Positions 1 through 13,162 of a stretch of 64,000 nt of DNA are shown here, in pieces. The notes beneath the pieces were generated by a model that ran no database searches, was not told where the DNA came from, and saw nothing but the letters and a program-made list of their open reading frames with translations. The translations under genes and the position numbers were made by a program. This DNA comes from Camelus dromedarius (Eukaryota), in assembly GCF_036321535.1 (NCBI RefSeq), contig NC_087436.1, forward strand, positions 35,156,001 through 35,220,000. Reading direction: 5' to 3'. Every line of letters starts with the position of its first letter. The stretch's first letter is position 1.

Positions 1-1684
1 GCAGTTGATCTGGAAAAGTGTGGCTGTAAATGTTCATAATTTCTGTCAAATAGTGAGGGCTTTGGAGACTATGGTGGAAGTATGCCTATCATAAGCATCT
101 GAAATCTTTTTGACCTCCTCTATGAATTCTACTTATATGTCTGCTTGATGACATATGATTTATATTACCATGAACTTGAGTCAGCAGAAATTACCTAAAA
201 TCTTCAGTGCCATAACTGTTTAGCTTAAAAAAATCAGCACAGGTCATAGAATACCACTAGGAAAAAGATCAGTTATTTGTAGCAAACTTCAGCAAGGTTG
301 TGGTCCTAATTTTTTCCAATACAGTGGGCCAAGGCTGGTGAGAACATCAAAGGCTTGAGTCACCCAAAGGAATAATTTCCTCCTCAAAACAGCCTTAAAT
401 GCTCAATTCAGGGAAATAAAATTTGGTAATCTGATGAGAAAAATATATATATTTTGAAGAAGCAAGTAACTCATGCTCTACATTCTTTTATTTACAAAAT
501 TTTATCTCCTCAAACCCTTCATTTCTTCTGCTATGTAATAAATTAAAGGCAATAATAACAATAAAAACTCAAAGAAGAAAAGGCCATAATTTAAACAGAA
601 AGCATTTCTGGTAATTCCTAAAGATATGAAAGTCTAGACTAAATTGCAAATCAAATTTTATATTTTGCATTTCTTTATGTTTATTTTTTGAAAATTAACA
701 GACATTCAATAATAGAAAAGTTAGCCAGTATAATAAGCTATGGACTATCTTTATCTAGAGAGCCTACTCTTATTTTCCATATTAAGAATTCCTCTAATCA
801 ATGTGATTTGATATAAAATGTTTCCACCAAAACTCACGTTATTAATTTAAATGGTCCCTTGAAAGCAATTTAGGTACATAGAATAAATTTTAAAATAATT
901 TTGAGTGCTTCTCAATATAAAACATGTAAAACAAAGTGGAAGTCTCATTAACTGTAGTATCAGGACCTGTAGGAGTTTTTTTTCCTAGTATATGATGAAG
1001 TCTATTTGTAACAACTTCAGATATTAAGAATTTGTCTTTACCCTTTTGCTGGACTTTGTTATTACTTTTTTGCTGTTTGTCAATGAGTTTTTTCTGGTCT
1101 TATGAAGTCCCTACAAATAAGGGGATTCATACCTGTGCAACATCCCATGCTCCTAAGGATGCTAATATTCAAAAAGTATCAGGTTATACTGAAGTTGCTA
1201 TTAAAAATGGCAGGTCACTGTGCAAACTAAAAAGAGGTTCTTTCCTGCAGCACAAACAGGAAACACTGCAAAAAGGTGCCCCCTCTGCAGATCAGTTAGA
1301 CAAAATACCCTTCCCTTTCCTGTAGCCTAAAGGAGGTTCCTAGGCAAGACACAAGCATGGTAAGCAGAATGCTCCCTGGGTTTTAGCTCATCATTCCCAC
1401 CTGGCTAAATGTCTCTATGCAGGACACAGGAGAAACAACCACATGTAGTGGCTCTGGATTCCACATGTATTGCCTAGGTTACCTGTCAATGTGATGATAG
1501 ACAATAAAGAAATGCCCATCAAAGACCTCTAGTTCCTTTGTTCCTTAGATCTTGTTTTGTAAAAACAGTTCCACTGTGACTTGAAAAATGTGATATTTAA
1601 ACTAAAATAATCAGGAACAATCTCTTCTCAGACGGGCATTCATCAACATGAAATACTGGAAAAAATTAAAAACTGGGAGTTCTG

Positions 1685-1860
1685 CAGATCTGGAATCCAA
1701 ACTTTAACATTTACTCCTGGTGTCATACTGGTCAAATTACTTAAACTCTCTTAATCTTTCCTAATCCACATGATGGAGATAATAATGATTGACGGGAGGA
1801 CTAAATGAAATACGAAATGCTTATTAAATAGTCCATAGAACAGTTATATACAGTATCTGG
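1685..1860 (+). mobile_element. MIR SINE
   Basis: Core-like ggtcaaattacttaaactctc...atggagataataatg. Confidence 0.5.
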
Positions 1861-2021
1861 CTTTAATCCTACATAGAAAGAAAACAGGGATATATGGTAA
1901 TCTGGCACAGTAAAATGGCTGTTCCTTTCATTAGAGCCTGATTTTGTATATGAGTCATTGTGTGGTTGCTATGGAAATCACTGAACAGTAAAGGTAATTA
2001 CTTTAACAAATTCTTTTGTAG

Positions 2022-2382
2022 CATATTCACTGTAATATACTTCTGTATCTGAGTAGCCTGAGGTACGTGGTTCTTCTTGGAACATTCTCTAAGAGGTTTG
2101 TCCTAAAGTATTTGAATTTCTTCTCCCTTCTCCCCAACCCCCATATGGGATAAGATATTTATGAGTTAAAAAAATGAATTAGATAACCTCAGAGATTTAC
2201 TGAAAAGACTAAACAAACCTTTTCTTTTCATGTGTATGTTTAACTCTGGCCAAACTGCCTAATACTTTGATTCTGTTTCTTACATTTTCCGCAGTACAGT
2301 TCAGTACTCTGTGACTTACCAGCCAATTCTGAACAGAGAACCTTATGCAGATGGGGTTGAGATGGATAAACATCATAGATAA
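2022..2382 (+). other. Putative two-exon spliced unit (2022-2062; 2295 onward)
   Basis: ttcttttgtag| 41 nt |gtacgt, then a 232-nt intron with a ctaat branch-like motif and ttctgtttcttacattttccgcag|. Confidence 0.25.
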
Positions 2383-2549
2383 TGATTTTTGGAGGAAATC
2401 GGTCTAGTTGAATACACAGTACTAGATAGGCATTTGTATCTTCTTTTTATAATTTGGTTTTGCTGTTACATTTCTAAGACACTTGTTCTTTAAAATGGAG
2501 ATTATGATATTAAATCTATATCCTCATTTCTAACCTTATCTATTGAATT

Positions 2550-3000
2550 TGTATTATATCTCAGCCATGCCAAAATATATCTTGAATCTGACCTCTATTG
2601 CTGGCACTCTATTTCAGAGAGACTTGAATTTGCTAGTCTCTCTACTTAGAAAGTACCCTCTCCACAATATCCCAAGACCATCTCCCACAGTTCTCTTATA
2701 CCTTTCCTCAAACATGTTTATCTGTAAACTTTTTTGACCACCCTCTATAAAACAATACCCAGGCCAAATCAATCCCGTTTACTCTTACTGGCTTTATTTT
2801 TCTTCAAGGAATTTATCACACAATTTATCCTATATGGAATTTATACCTCACATTTATATTTATTTATTAGTTTATTGTAAACAACCCTTTCTCAAAGATT
2901 ATGTGTTCCAGGAGACCAGAAAGTTTGTCTTGCTTATTATTCTATGAGACAACATGCATAGTAGTCATCCAATAAAATACCCGTTGAATTAATAAATAAA
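2550..3000 (+). mobile_element. L2 LINE 3' end
   Basis: L2 terminal pattern ending in catagtagtcatccaataaaatacccgttgaattaataaataaa. Confidence 0.6.
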
Positions 3001-3099
3001 CAAACCAATAAAATCAGATTAAAATAAATTGGCTGTTGAGAATTTGAACTGAAGTGACTTATATATAGTGGAAACTTCAAAAATGACATCTATCAATAA

Positions 3100-3270
3100 T
3101 TATCCATACATATTATCATATTTAACTCTCAGAAATCCCCGTGAGGTGAAACATATTAGTCCCATTTTGCAGATAAGAAAACTGAGGCTCAAGAAAACTT
3201 GGAAATTAGCTCGATTCCAGAGCCAGTACACATTTGAATAAGGAATCCATTGTAGGTCTTTCAACTCCTT
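3100..3270 (-). mobile_element. MIR SINE
   Basis: MIR core cccattttgcagataagaaaactgaggctca. Confidence 0.8.
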
Positions 3271-4359
3271 CCACTGTCTCCCATAAACAATATGAGTATT
3301 ATAAGCAGAGTTTAACTGACTTCATGTATTCAGATAGTTACACTAAACAAAAAAATCTTGGCACAGAATTAAGTTAGTAGCTTGTGGAATATGATAGGGA
3401 TAAAGACTCAGAAAAACTACATGTCAGATTCTGGCTCAAGCAATAAACCCAGGTTATGACCCTGAATACACTCTTCACCTCTCAACTTCAACATTTGCCT
3501 CTATAAACTGATTATTTTAAAACTTGCATAGTACACAGGGGGAGATGAATGATTAATGGTTACTGCCTGCAAAAAGAATTATCTAAGTGCTAAATAATAT
3601 TATCATTACTAACAGGCTTGGAATTCTAGTTCAGAACATTTGGCCACTTACTCAAACCTTATCTAAACTATCCTAGAGGCTTGAGTCTTTAAAACTGGCC
3701 TTTTTAAAGCTTGCTCACTGCTTATAGGCTAAAGTGATTTATATGGAAGAGAGTTTATCCTGTAAATCTTATGAGATTTTCAAATTTCTGCTTTTAAAGT
3801 TATTCCTTTTTCAAGAGGAAGTGAACAAGTATTTATTAGGAAAGCAAAAACAACCTGCTGGAGAAGGGATTCCTTCAGAGCTTGCCATTTGGTCTCAGCA
3901 TCCTGTGGCGGATGCTACTAATTTTCTGAATCTGTGGTTGAGACAAATTTCACAATGGCAGTGGGATTCCTGAATATTTCCTGCCCATAGGAATTCAAAA
4001 TCTAGATATAGCAAGAAAAGAACCACTGACTGGAAAATGGGTCATTAGAAAAATCCAATATAGCCATTCAGTAACTTTCCTTGATAAGAATTTTAGATGA
4101 TTCACTGTGGTATCAGTTTCAGTGCTCTTTTTCTCAATACTTAAATATTACTCTGATAATTTTATATCATATATGCCACGTATATTATTTACTTAGATAG
4201 GTATTAATTGCTTAATGGATGACAAGGACTTTGTTAGAATTAGAAATATAAAAATACATACTCACTAACATTATAAAAAATGCTAACAAAAGTAAATACA
4301 GAAGCTTGGGAAAAGGCCCTAATTTAAACTAAGGATATAACCCCTATGGCATTTGAGAA

Positions 4360-4610
4360 ACACATAACATAGTGGTCAAAGCAATAGACTTGAGGCAAAT
4401 TGGCTGGTTACGTTCCAGCTCTGCCACTTACGAGCTCTGTGACTTTGGGCAAGTTATTTAACTCCTCCGAGCCTTGTTTCTTCATTGTAAATTGGATATG
4501 TTAACGGAAGCTACCTCATTAGACTGTTGTGAAGATTAAATTGGTTAATATGTATAAAGCACTTAGAAGTTACCTGGCAGAAAATATATAATTACTAGCT
4601 GTTGTTGTTA
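4360..4610 (+). mobile_element. MIR SINE
   Basis: ccagctctgccacttacgagctctgtgactttgggcaagttatttaactcctccgagccttgtttcttcattgtaaa. Confidence 0.85.
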
Positions 4611-4744
4611 TTCCAAATATAATAGTCTTTCCCTGGTACTAACACATAATCCAGTATTTTAGTCAAATCTAAGCTGTAATAACTGACAATGTTAAGATGT
4701 TCTTGATGTAATCGGGCACTATTTATGAGTTTCATAAACTCATA

Positions 4745-4930
4745 AATTACTAGCTGAATGAACTTGGACAAGTTACTTAGCCTCTCTGTATTTCTATTTC
4801 CTCAATTGCAAACAGGGGATAGTATGTGTACTACTGATGACAGGATTAAAATAATTAATAAAAATAAAGCACTGAGAAAAGAGCCTGGTGCATTGAGTTA
4901 ATCAGTAAATATTAGTTATTATTATTATCG
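4745..4930 (+). mobile_element. MIR SINE
   Basis: tactagctgaatgaacttggacaagttacttagcctctctgtatttctatttcctcaattgcaaa. Confidence 0.8.
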
Positions 4931-5110
4931 CTAATGTCAGAAAATACACTATGATCAAAGGAAAGAGGCCAGAGTTCCTATGAGTAATTAACAACAAAGT
5001 TCATCATACATCATTTTAAAGTACAAAATGCCTCCTCTAAGATGAACCTAGTTATTAGTAAGAAATAATCAATTAAAAATAAATGCTTTCAGGTCTACCA
5101 CTGAGACAGT

Positions 5111-5154
5111 AAAAAAAAAAAAAAAACACACACACATATATATATATATATATA
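5111..5154. repeat. Compound poly(A)-(CA)n-(TA)n simple repeat
   Basis: Directly visible in the sequence. Confidence 0.9.
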
Positions 5155-6174
5155 GCAACTGACAGCTGCTGAAAACTATGATCTTTTTGGAGCACTGTTG
5201 GATACGCTCCTGTGAGTAGACATCAATCTTTAGAATGTACATAGTACCTACCAACTAGCCTGAAGCCCTTAACAAGCTGGGACATGGAATGATATAAAGC
5301 AGTGACAAGGAAAAGAAAAACAAAATAAGAAGCGGAAGGGAAGAGAATGCACAACTCTGCTAAGTTTCACAACCTGGCCAATAGCCTATTTAAATCTTAA
5401 GAGCTACACTTGAAGTTGCTGATTCTTGTTTAAACAGTTAACTCTAAGTTCCAAGGAAGGCAGAGAGTCCAATGTCTACCAATATCATAACTTACATGAG
5501 TCTTCTATAATAAACATCAAATATGTTTGGGGAAGATCAGTTTGATTACATACAAGGTGTAACAAAATCCTCCTCATTTTCTCACAAATAGAGTTATTTT
5601 TATGCACAGCTCTGGAGGTAAAAGAATCATCACTTCCTACATCAGCATGTATAAAAGCAATGATTGTTTATAGTCCCTCTCTCCTGTTCTATCTAAACTC
5701 ACGAAATTCTCTCAACATATACTGCTCCCAATGTACACTGGCCTACCTCCAGCTCATTCCTAAGAGGAGATAGTATTTCCAGGTTTGTGCACACTGAGTA
5801 TATTCAGAGATTTCACCCTTGTTAAGGCCACAATGATAGGAAATTTCCTACCATTACACCAAACAAACCAGCCTTTATTTACTCAGTATGCTTGATGTTA
5901 GCCCTCTCATGCTGGAATGGACATTCCAGGGGTGGCCTGGCTCAGAATCTAACGAATAGTTTCTGTGGGACAGCACAAATTCTGCAAAATTGTGTGCGGT
6001 TTCCCCTTAAAAATTGCTATTAAAAGCCTTACCAATGGTTAGGAGAATCCCAGAGATGTTGGCAAGGAATTTCTCTACTAGTACAAATCGTGTAAATACG
6101 TCTTAGAATTGTTTTGAATAATAAACTCAAACTGGTTTATATTTTGTTGCATTTACACTGGTTAAAAAAATAAA

Positions 6175-8409
6175 TAAGGTTTTCAAGCCTTCTTTATTGT
6201 TACACAGTCAACAAAGGTTATGACAAAACTGCTTTAGATTCAGACAAAACGGAAATTGTGTATATCCTATGTCTAGAAAAGCCTGTAAAATTTCATGAGC
6301 GAAGCAGCAACTCATCCTTGATCTGCTTCTCTTCTCCTTGAACTACAACTGCTTAGAAGAAAACAGAACAGCAGTTATAGAATCTGCTTCTGTGTTGAAG
6401 AAAGCTGTGGGAGTTGTCACAAAAACTGCTGAAGAACATGTATATTTATATTTATATTTTTTACTTTGCTGATTCCTCAATTTCTTCCAACTTCCAGTTC
6501 AAAGTAAACTACTACTAAAAAAAAAAAAAAAAAGAAACACTGTATTCCTGGCTAAATATTTTTCTCTACTCCCAAGATCATTTTATTAGTGGTAAACCAC
6601 ATTTTACTGCTCAATAAAATAATCGGACAGCCACTTGGTGACTAAATGAAATCAGTTAGAAAAAACCTAGTAGATGTGTGGAAAATATTCAAGATCGTGT
6701 TTAAAAGAGAATAATTAGTGTTTCCTAATAATAGAACAGTTCTTTGAAAAAGAAATGAAATACATTATTTTGAAAATGTTTCTTTAAAATATTTAAATAC
6801 AAGCTACTGCTGTGGAAGAGACCAAATTAAAGGATTACGGTTTACAAGGATTCAATGCAAAAACCACCTAGCTAAACAGCTGCATATAAATTGAACTTTT
6901 GGACGTTGAATATTTAAATGCATGATATCTATACAGAACTCTTTTATAAAAATAAAGATCCTTCCTTGTTATTGTCATTTTCCTTGACAATTTTCTGTCA
7001 GAATTTTTAAAACAAGGTACACCTATGATATAAAAATAAGAAAAATGGGTGGGAAAAGCCATGTAACCTGTCAATTAAGTGATTATGAGGGCTTTCCAAA
7101 AGTGAAAATGGCTGGAAAAATATCTTTGAACTTTTACCTCACAGAATGTTTCATCTCATTTCACAAAAGGCATTTTAAGGTTGTTGTGGTCTTGCAACTA
7201 TGGGCAGCTTCAAATTCCACCTGATAGTCCCCAAACTACTTTCTTCCTAATGGCAGGCCTAATGGAACAGTCTTAGAAAGTGATTGCTGAACCTGCTAAT
7301 GTTGAATCTCTTGCAAATAAGGGATATATCAGTTGTTATCCCATAGCTGCAAAGAGAAGTTAATGTAGAGTATTTTGAGTAAGGACTTAGTACAACTGCA
7401 TTAAAAAATAAGCCAGCCTCATGGTGAGTATATGGAAAACAACTACAATGCGCTTTTCAACACTGGCAATGTTATTGTTACCTAGACCTTTTTCAAGTAG
7501 AGACAGAATGTACCTTCCTTCCAAGAAGGGATCATAAAAGTGAAACAGGAACAAAGAAATGAGAAACACTGCATCTTTCTCAGGGTACAGCTCTTATAAG
7601 GTTCTGTACACAAGGTTATTTAATCACTTCAAATGTCTATAGCAGTACTTCCCTTCCTCTCAGCAATTTGGACCAGAAAGACTGTAACAGTAATTGCAAT
7701 ATGAGTCACAGGATGTACTTTAGGTCAAGACAGCACTTAAGGAAGGCCAAGTCAATAGTATTTCAAATTGTGGAAGTTTGGGGGATTTTTCTTTTCCCTT
7801 TTGTTTTTTGTTTGTTTGCTTTCATTTTTTAAAGTATTGATTTTATGTTTTGGCCTAAAGTTCTTCATATTCCTAGAATTGAGGCTTGCATTAATATATA
7901 TAGTTGGTGGTGGTGTTGGTGTTCTTGCAGTTGCTTTTAAATTTTAGAGAATTCTATTATGTGTGGATGGATAATATTGCCTAGTCTTTTCCCGATCCAA
8001 GGTCCTGATTTAAAGTTATCCTGATCTGAATTTCAAGATAAAAAATATTTCCAACTAGAGCACATTTAAGTAACTGTGACCACACATTTTCTTTCATGGA
8101 ATAAAATATATTCAGCAGTCTGAAGTTATTTAAATTATATTTCTAGAGATTGTTTTATTAGTCTTAATTTGAAATCAGAATTCCTGAGATTGGGGTTTTT
8201 TTTTTTAATTCTTCTGACTGATCACAGAAAATGTATAGCGAACATTCATGGCAATTGTCAGGACATATATTACGGTTAGAGACAAGTGCTGATAAGATAC
8301 ACTGTTGGCACTAGAGGCAACTTCGCGGGTTGGAGAGAGGGAAGAAGATAACCACTGTGTCTGGCAACGTCTCTTTTAATTTCCAAGATACTTATCACCA
8401 TGATGAGAT
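6175..8409 (-). other. Putative terminal exon / 3' UTR of an unidentified minus-strand transcript
   Basis: Acceptor tgtctgtttacag|ATCTCATCATGGTGA at 8410/8409, followed by a stretch with no recognisable repeats. Minus-strand AATAAA at 6198-6193 has an upstream UGUA and a downstream U-rich tract. Confidence 0.3.
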
Positions 8410-10444
8410 CTGTAAACAGACATGTTAACTTAAAATCAGTACATAATGTGCTAAATTCTTTACACTCTTTGCTGTAGGAAGCAGGGGCAGGGAGGGAAAG
8501 GAAGGAGAGTATATCACGGATATAGGGAGTGTGATGAAAAGGAAGTACTTTCCTCAGGCCGTCGCTACACCAAGATGTTTTACTTTCCCTAAACTATCTG
8601 GTCTTGTTTCCTTGGAAGGGCTTGGGCCTGGGGCAGTGGGATAGAGTGTAACCAGAACACATATGAACCTGGAATTCTCCTAAGTGCACTTAATAAATAT
8701 TATTGCTATTGGGGTAGATGGCCTATTACTTTGTTTTTCAACATCTCACTTTTGGTGAAACTGGGTAAATTGGAATGTACAGAATGATAAGTAAATTTGC
8801 ACAGATTACAATGTAGTAGATTTTGTTCTATTTTTAGGGAAAATAAGGTATTTTTACAGAGTACTGAGTGGAAATCTAGGGTATGTTATAAAATCTAATG
8901 ATACAATATGGATTAGAGAGTAATAATGCATAGTCCCTATCTTAAAAAACTCTGTGTTACTAGTTAGTTGAAACTTTATGGTGGGTAGAATCAAAAGTTG
9001 TATTTGAATAAGGAATGACCAACGACTATGGTTTAGTCCCCCATAAATGAGAAAATAAAATTGGTCTGCCAGTATTTGTTAATCATAATTGACTGCTAAA
9101 CTATATCTGTCAATTTTGTTCCTTATGTTTCAAGACATGCAGAAGGCAGTGTGCCTTGAAGGTTGCACCGTATAGAAGAAATATTCTTTCAGAAATGAAG
9201 TAAGTAAGCTGAAGTAAACCCACTGAATTTCTCCCCACCCTTCCCCTAAACTATGCTCAGTCTTCTAATCTCCAGAATTTTCCTTATCTCATTCTGAAAA
9301 ATAAACTGTCTTTAATTTTTATGAATCCAAAATAAAATGAATACTGACCTTTGTTCCAAGTGAAATATGAATTTCAGTTGCTGCTTTTGGTTTTATTCAG
9401 CCCTTCTGGAGGCAAGAAAAAGTCTATTTTTCTAATGATGTTCATTTGTTCATACTCTCACTCATAGAATCATTGAGGGAACCCATTATCTTCAAGAAAA
9501 TTCGAAGTTAACAGATACCGTATTCAAGTTTTTCCAATCACCTTAATTCACTGATTATAATCCTTCCCTGAGCATCTCACCACAGGAGTCTGCCTTAGTT
9601 CCTCTTGGTCCCATTTAAAACAGGAAGAACCTGCTCATAATATTGGCCCAACTACAGTAATGCTGGGAATTTACTCATTATTATTAATATTTCATTTAAT
9701 CGGCCTTAAAAAAAAATCCTTCTCTAAAAGATCATTTTCCTTACAAGGAACAATGCAAACTTTCTTTTTTAAAATTAATACAAATTCAAAATAGAAAATT
9801 TGGCAAAGAATAGTTAAAATTTAAAAAAAAAAACCAAAGTACTCTACCTCGAGACAAATTTTTAATTTGTATATTTTGATGTATTTTTAGAGAAAAAAAT
9901 AAAAATATTGAATACAAAATGGGCAACATACAATTTTGCATCTTTCATTTTTAGATAATACATTATTTTCTTTTCTATGTTTTTAAATATTCTTATTAAT
10001 ATAATTTTTAAATGAATACAAAATTACATTGCTTAGCTGAGGTATATTTTGAATAAAATTTTGATTATTTTATTTTTCCATTTTATTATTAAATATATTT
10101 GAGATGTATTTTGTTGTATAGTGAAGAGAGGATCTAGTTTCAAAAAACATTTCCAATCATTTTCTTTTGAATAACATATTCTTTCTCATTGGTTTTATAT
10201 GCTTTCCTTAGCTTTGTAACTGATATCCTCAGATCTGTTCTTATTCTTCTTTAATCTATGATGATAACAGAGTGATCTTTTTAAAGCCCAAATTTGATTA
10301 TATTATTACATTGTCTGAGCAATGCATGGGATATGAGGCAGACTGCAAGAAGAGGTGGATTTTGAGTGAAAATAAACCAGTTTACTGGTTTTGAAAATTT
10401 GGGTTACTCATTAGATTTCCAGCTTAAGAAGAAGACAGACAACA

Positions 10445-10959
10445 CGTAATAGAAAAGAACAAATCTGACACCATATGGATCTGTCCCTTTGACTTTAACC
10501 TTGTGCTCTGTTTCCTAGGCCTAGTCTTTCTGATACTGTACCTTTTGTAAAAGAAGGCTGTCTATAGCCTGAAATATATAGGATAGCCTATTCTCAAGGC
10601 TCTAACCTTTAAGGATATTAACACTTTTTCATCCATATAGAGATAATAAATTGTATAATAGAAAATAACATTTGTTTTGTTGGAGGTTTACAGGGACACT
10701 TGACCTGACCCATGTGGACAGCTGCAAGAACAATGCATTTCAAGAACAAAGAAATCCTACACCAAGAAGTTTGCAACAACCAACCACATCCCTTCCCCTT
10801 TTTAGTATAAAAGGAGCCTGAATTCTGACTTGGGGAAGATGGATCTCCCAGACATTAGTCTGCCATCTTCTCGTTTTGCTGGCTTTCTGAATAAAGTTGC
10901 TATCTCTTGCACCAACACTTCATCTGATTTACTGGCCTATTGAGTTTGGACTTGTAACA
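10445..10959 (+). mobile_element. Solo ERV LTR (ERV1-like) inserted in an L2
   Basis: About 515 bp, from (c/t)gtaat to tgtaaca. TATA box tataaaa at 10806-10812 and AATAAA at 10890-10895 are in U3-R-U5 order. No clear TSD. Confidence 0.75.
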
Positions 10960-11620
10960 GATTGAAGGCCAATGAGGAAAGTGCTTCATAAAGGAGAAGG
11001 TATCAACTATGGCTGCCAATAGGTAAAGCATGAGAAGGTCCCAGAATTGACCCTTGGATTTAGCAATCCCGTGATTGGTGACCTTAGCATTAGTTGTTTT
11101 GCCAGAGTGATAAATTGAAACTTTGACTGGAGTAGGCTTAAGAAAGAATGTGAAAGATTGAGAAAATGAGTATATAAAACCCTTCCAAAGACTATTGCTG
11201 TAAAAGTAAGCAAATAAACGGGGTGGTGGCTTGAAGAAGCTATTGGGACTAAATAATTTCTTTTGAAGATGGAAAATATGGTATATTTGTATTCAGATGA
11301 GAATAACTCAATGTAGAGGGGAAATTAGGATGCAGAAAATTAGCATAAGAAATGGGAACATTGTTGGGAAAGGGACCTAACAGGTGAGAGAAGTTAGGAT
11401 CTATTATACAAGTGGGAGGTTAGACTTAAATGAAAGTAGTAATAGATTCTATATTGTAAGAGGAGGGAGGCAGAGCATACTCATATGCAGTTTGGTGTGA
11501 AGAAGTGGAGAATCCCTCCTGATTATATCAATTTTATTTTTCAGTCAAATGTGAATCGAAGTTAGCTGAAAGTGAGGATGGTAATACTCTATTGGAGGTT
11601 TGAGAAGAAATGTGTAAAAT
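10960..11620 (-). mobile_element. L2 LINE fragment
   Basis: Purine-rich antisense-L2 motifs such as gaattgacccttggatttagcaa, ggtgacctt and gactggagtaggcttaagaaagaatg. Confidence 0.65.
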
Positions 11621-12979
11621 GATCCTCAGGCCAACGAGAAGAATGAAAAGACCAGGACAGGAAGGTAGCTCTATGAGCAGCCCAATTCTATACCACAAAT
11701 GTAAAATGAAGCCAGTCAGTATGATTTTGCATTTTATACTAATTATTCTATTCTGTTACACTGGTGTATTAATGGAGTAGGCAGAGTTAGAATTAACAAG
11801 GGTCTGGATTTTGCCATGAAAATGTTACAAAGTTTAGGAAAGTCAGGAGTTCCTAATATAGAAGGGGAGATTATAATGATTAAAACAGGAATATAAGCTG
11901 AGTAAGAAGGAACATGATTACCTGTGGAGGGAAGTGAAAATGCGATAAGGTCTATGAAGTGTAGATTGCTGGGGAGCCTGAGAATTGTGCCTATGAGTAT
12001 TAGAGGGAGTGACCTAGAGCAAGGCAGGAAGCAGTCAGAGAGTGAGAGTTCCAAATCACAGGTCACAGAAGTGGTGTGGGTTAGGTAATTTCACATCATC
12101 ATTTACACATATTGAACTGGATGGCTGATAAGAAACCAAGAGGCCAGTGTGTGAAAAGTTATCATCTATGTGATAATTGCAATTTCCAACAATCAAGAAT
12201 AATCAGAGGAGTAATACTAAAAGGAATGATAGTAAGCCAGGAACTAAAATTCTCAAGGAGTGGGGGAGTAGTGATCTAGAGATCTATTAATATCATCTGA
12301 ACTGTGTCTTTGAAAAGATTGTTTAGTTTTCTTTCTTAGCTATGCCTATAATTTTTTGTTGGTTCCTGTCTCTTTCCTCAATCTCCACCAACTTATCATT
12401 TCACATCTTTGTTACTCTCCAGTTAATTCAAGAGGAGTTTCTTATGTTTGTTTTCCACCCTGCTAACTCCCTGTACTGCGATGCAGGCTTTTTTATTTCC
12501 TTAAGTGGAAATGTTAATTCTGTTATTCTTGAAATGTTAAACTTTATCAATTCTTTTCATTTTCTTTACATTTTCATTTGAACTGGTTATCTGATTATAG
12601 TTTTCCATTCTTACTTTTTAGAGTCCAAGTCCTCTCATACCATACTGAAAATGCAGAAAGGTTTCTGAAATGTTTTACTATTTTTTTCCCAAAGATATAC
12701 TTCCCCCTGGAATCTTTGAATGATGCTATTTTTTTCCTTTCTACTGTAGGATTTCTTCATAAGTTCTGGGTAAGTTTTTTTCATCAACTTTTCCTCACAT
12801 GAGGACAGAGTTCCTTAGGTACAGTTTTACCAGCAGGACAGGTGTGAGAATTACCCTTGACTGCATTTGGTAGCCAAATGAGTCTGTCTCATTGAATATT
12901 ACTCAAATTGTCTTCACATTAGCTGGATCAAAGGCTGATATGTTTTGCTCCAGTTGCTGATTTATGAAGTTTTCTTAAT

Positions 12980-13162
12980 AGGTACATGAAAAAAATGCTC
13001 AGCATCATTAGCCATTAGGAAATATAATTTTAAAAAGTGAGATACCACCCTACACTCACTTAGATGGCTATAATAAAAAAGACATGAACAAGTGTTCATG
13101 AGGATATAGAGGAATCAGAACACTCATACACTGCTGGTAGGGAAGTAAAATGAAGCCACTTT
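12980..13162 (+). mobile_element. L1 (L1MB-like) ORF2 3' segment, left half
   Basis: atgctcagcatcattagccattaggaaat...gagataccaccctacactcacttagatggcta...cactcatacactgctggt is the L1 ORF2 C-terminal region. It resumes at about 14790. Confidence 0.85.

Noticed and set aside
5078..5126. AATAAA followed 27 nt later by a poly(A) run, considered as a short retrocopy end
   Set aside because: No TSD or identifiable body, and the A-run merges with a microsatellite.
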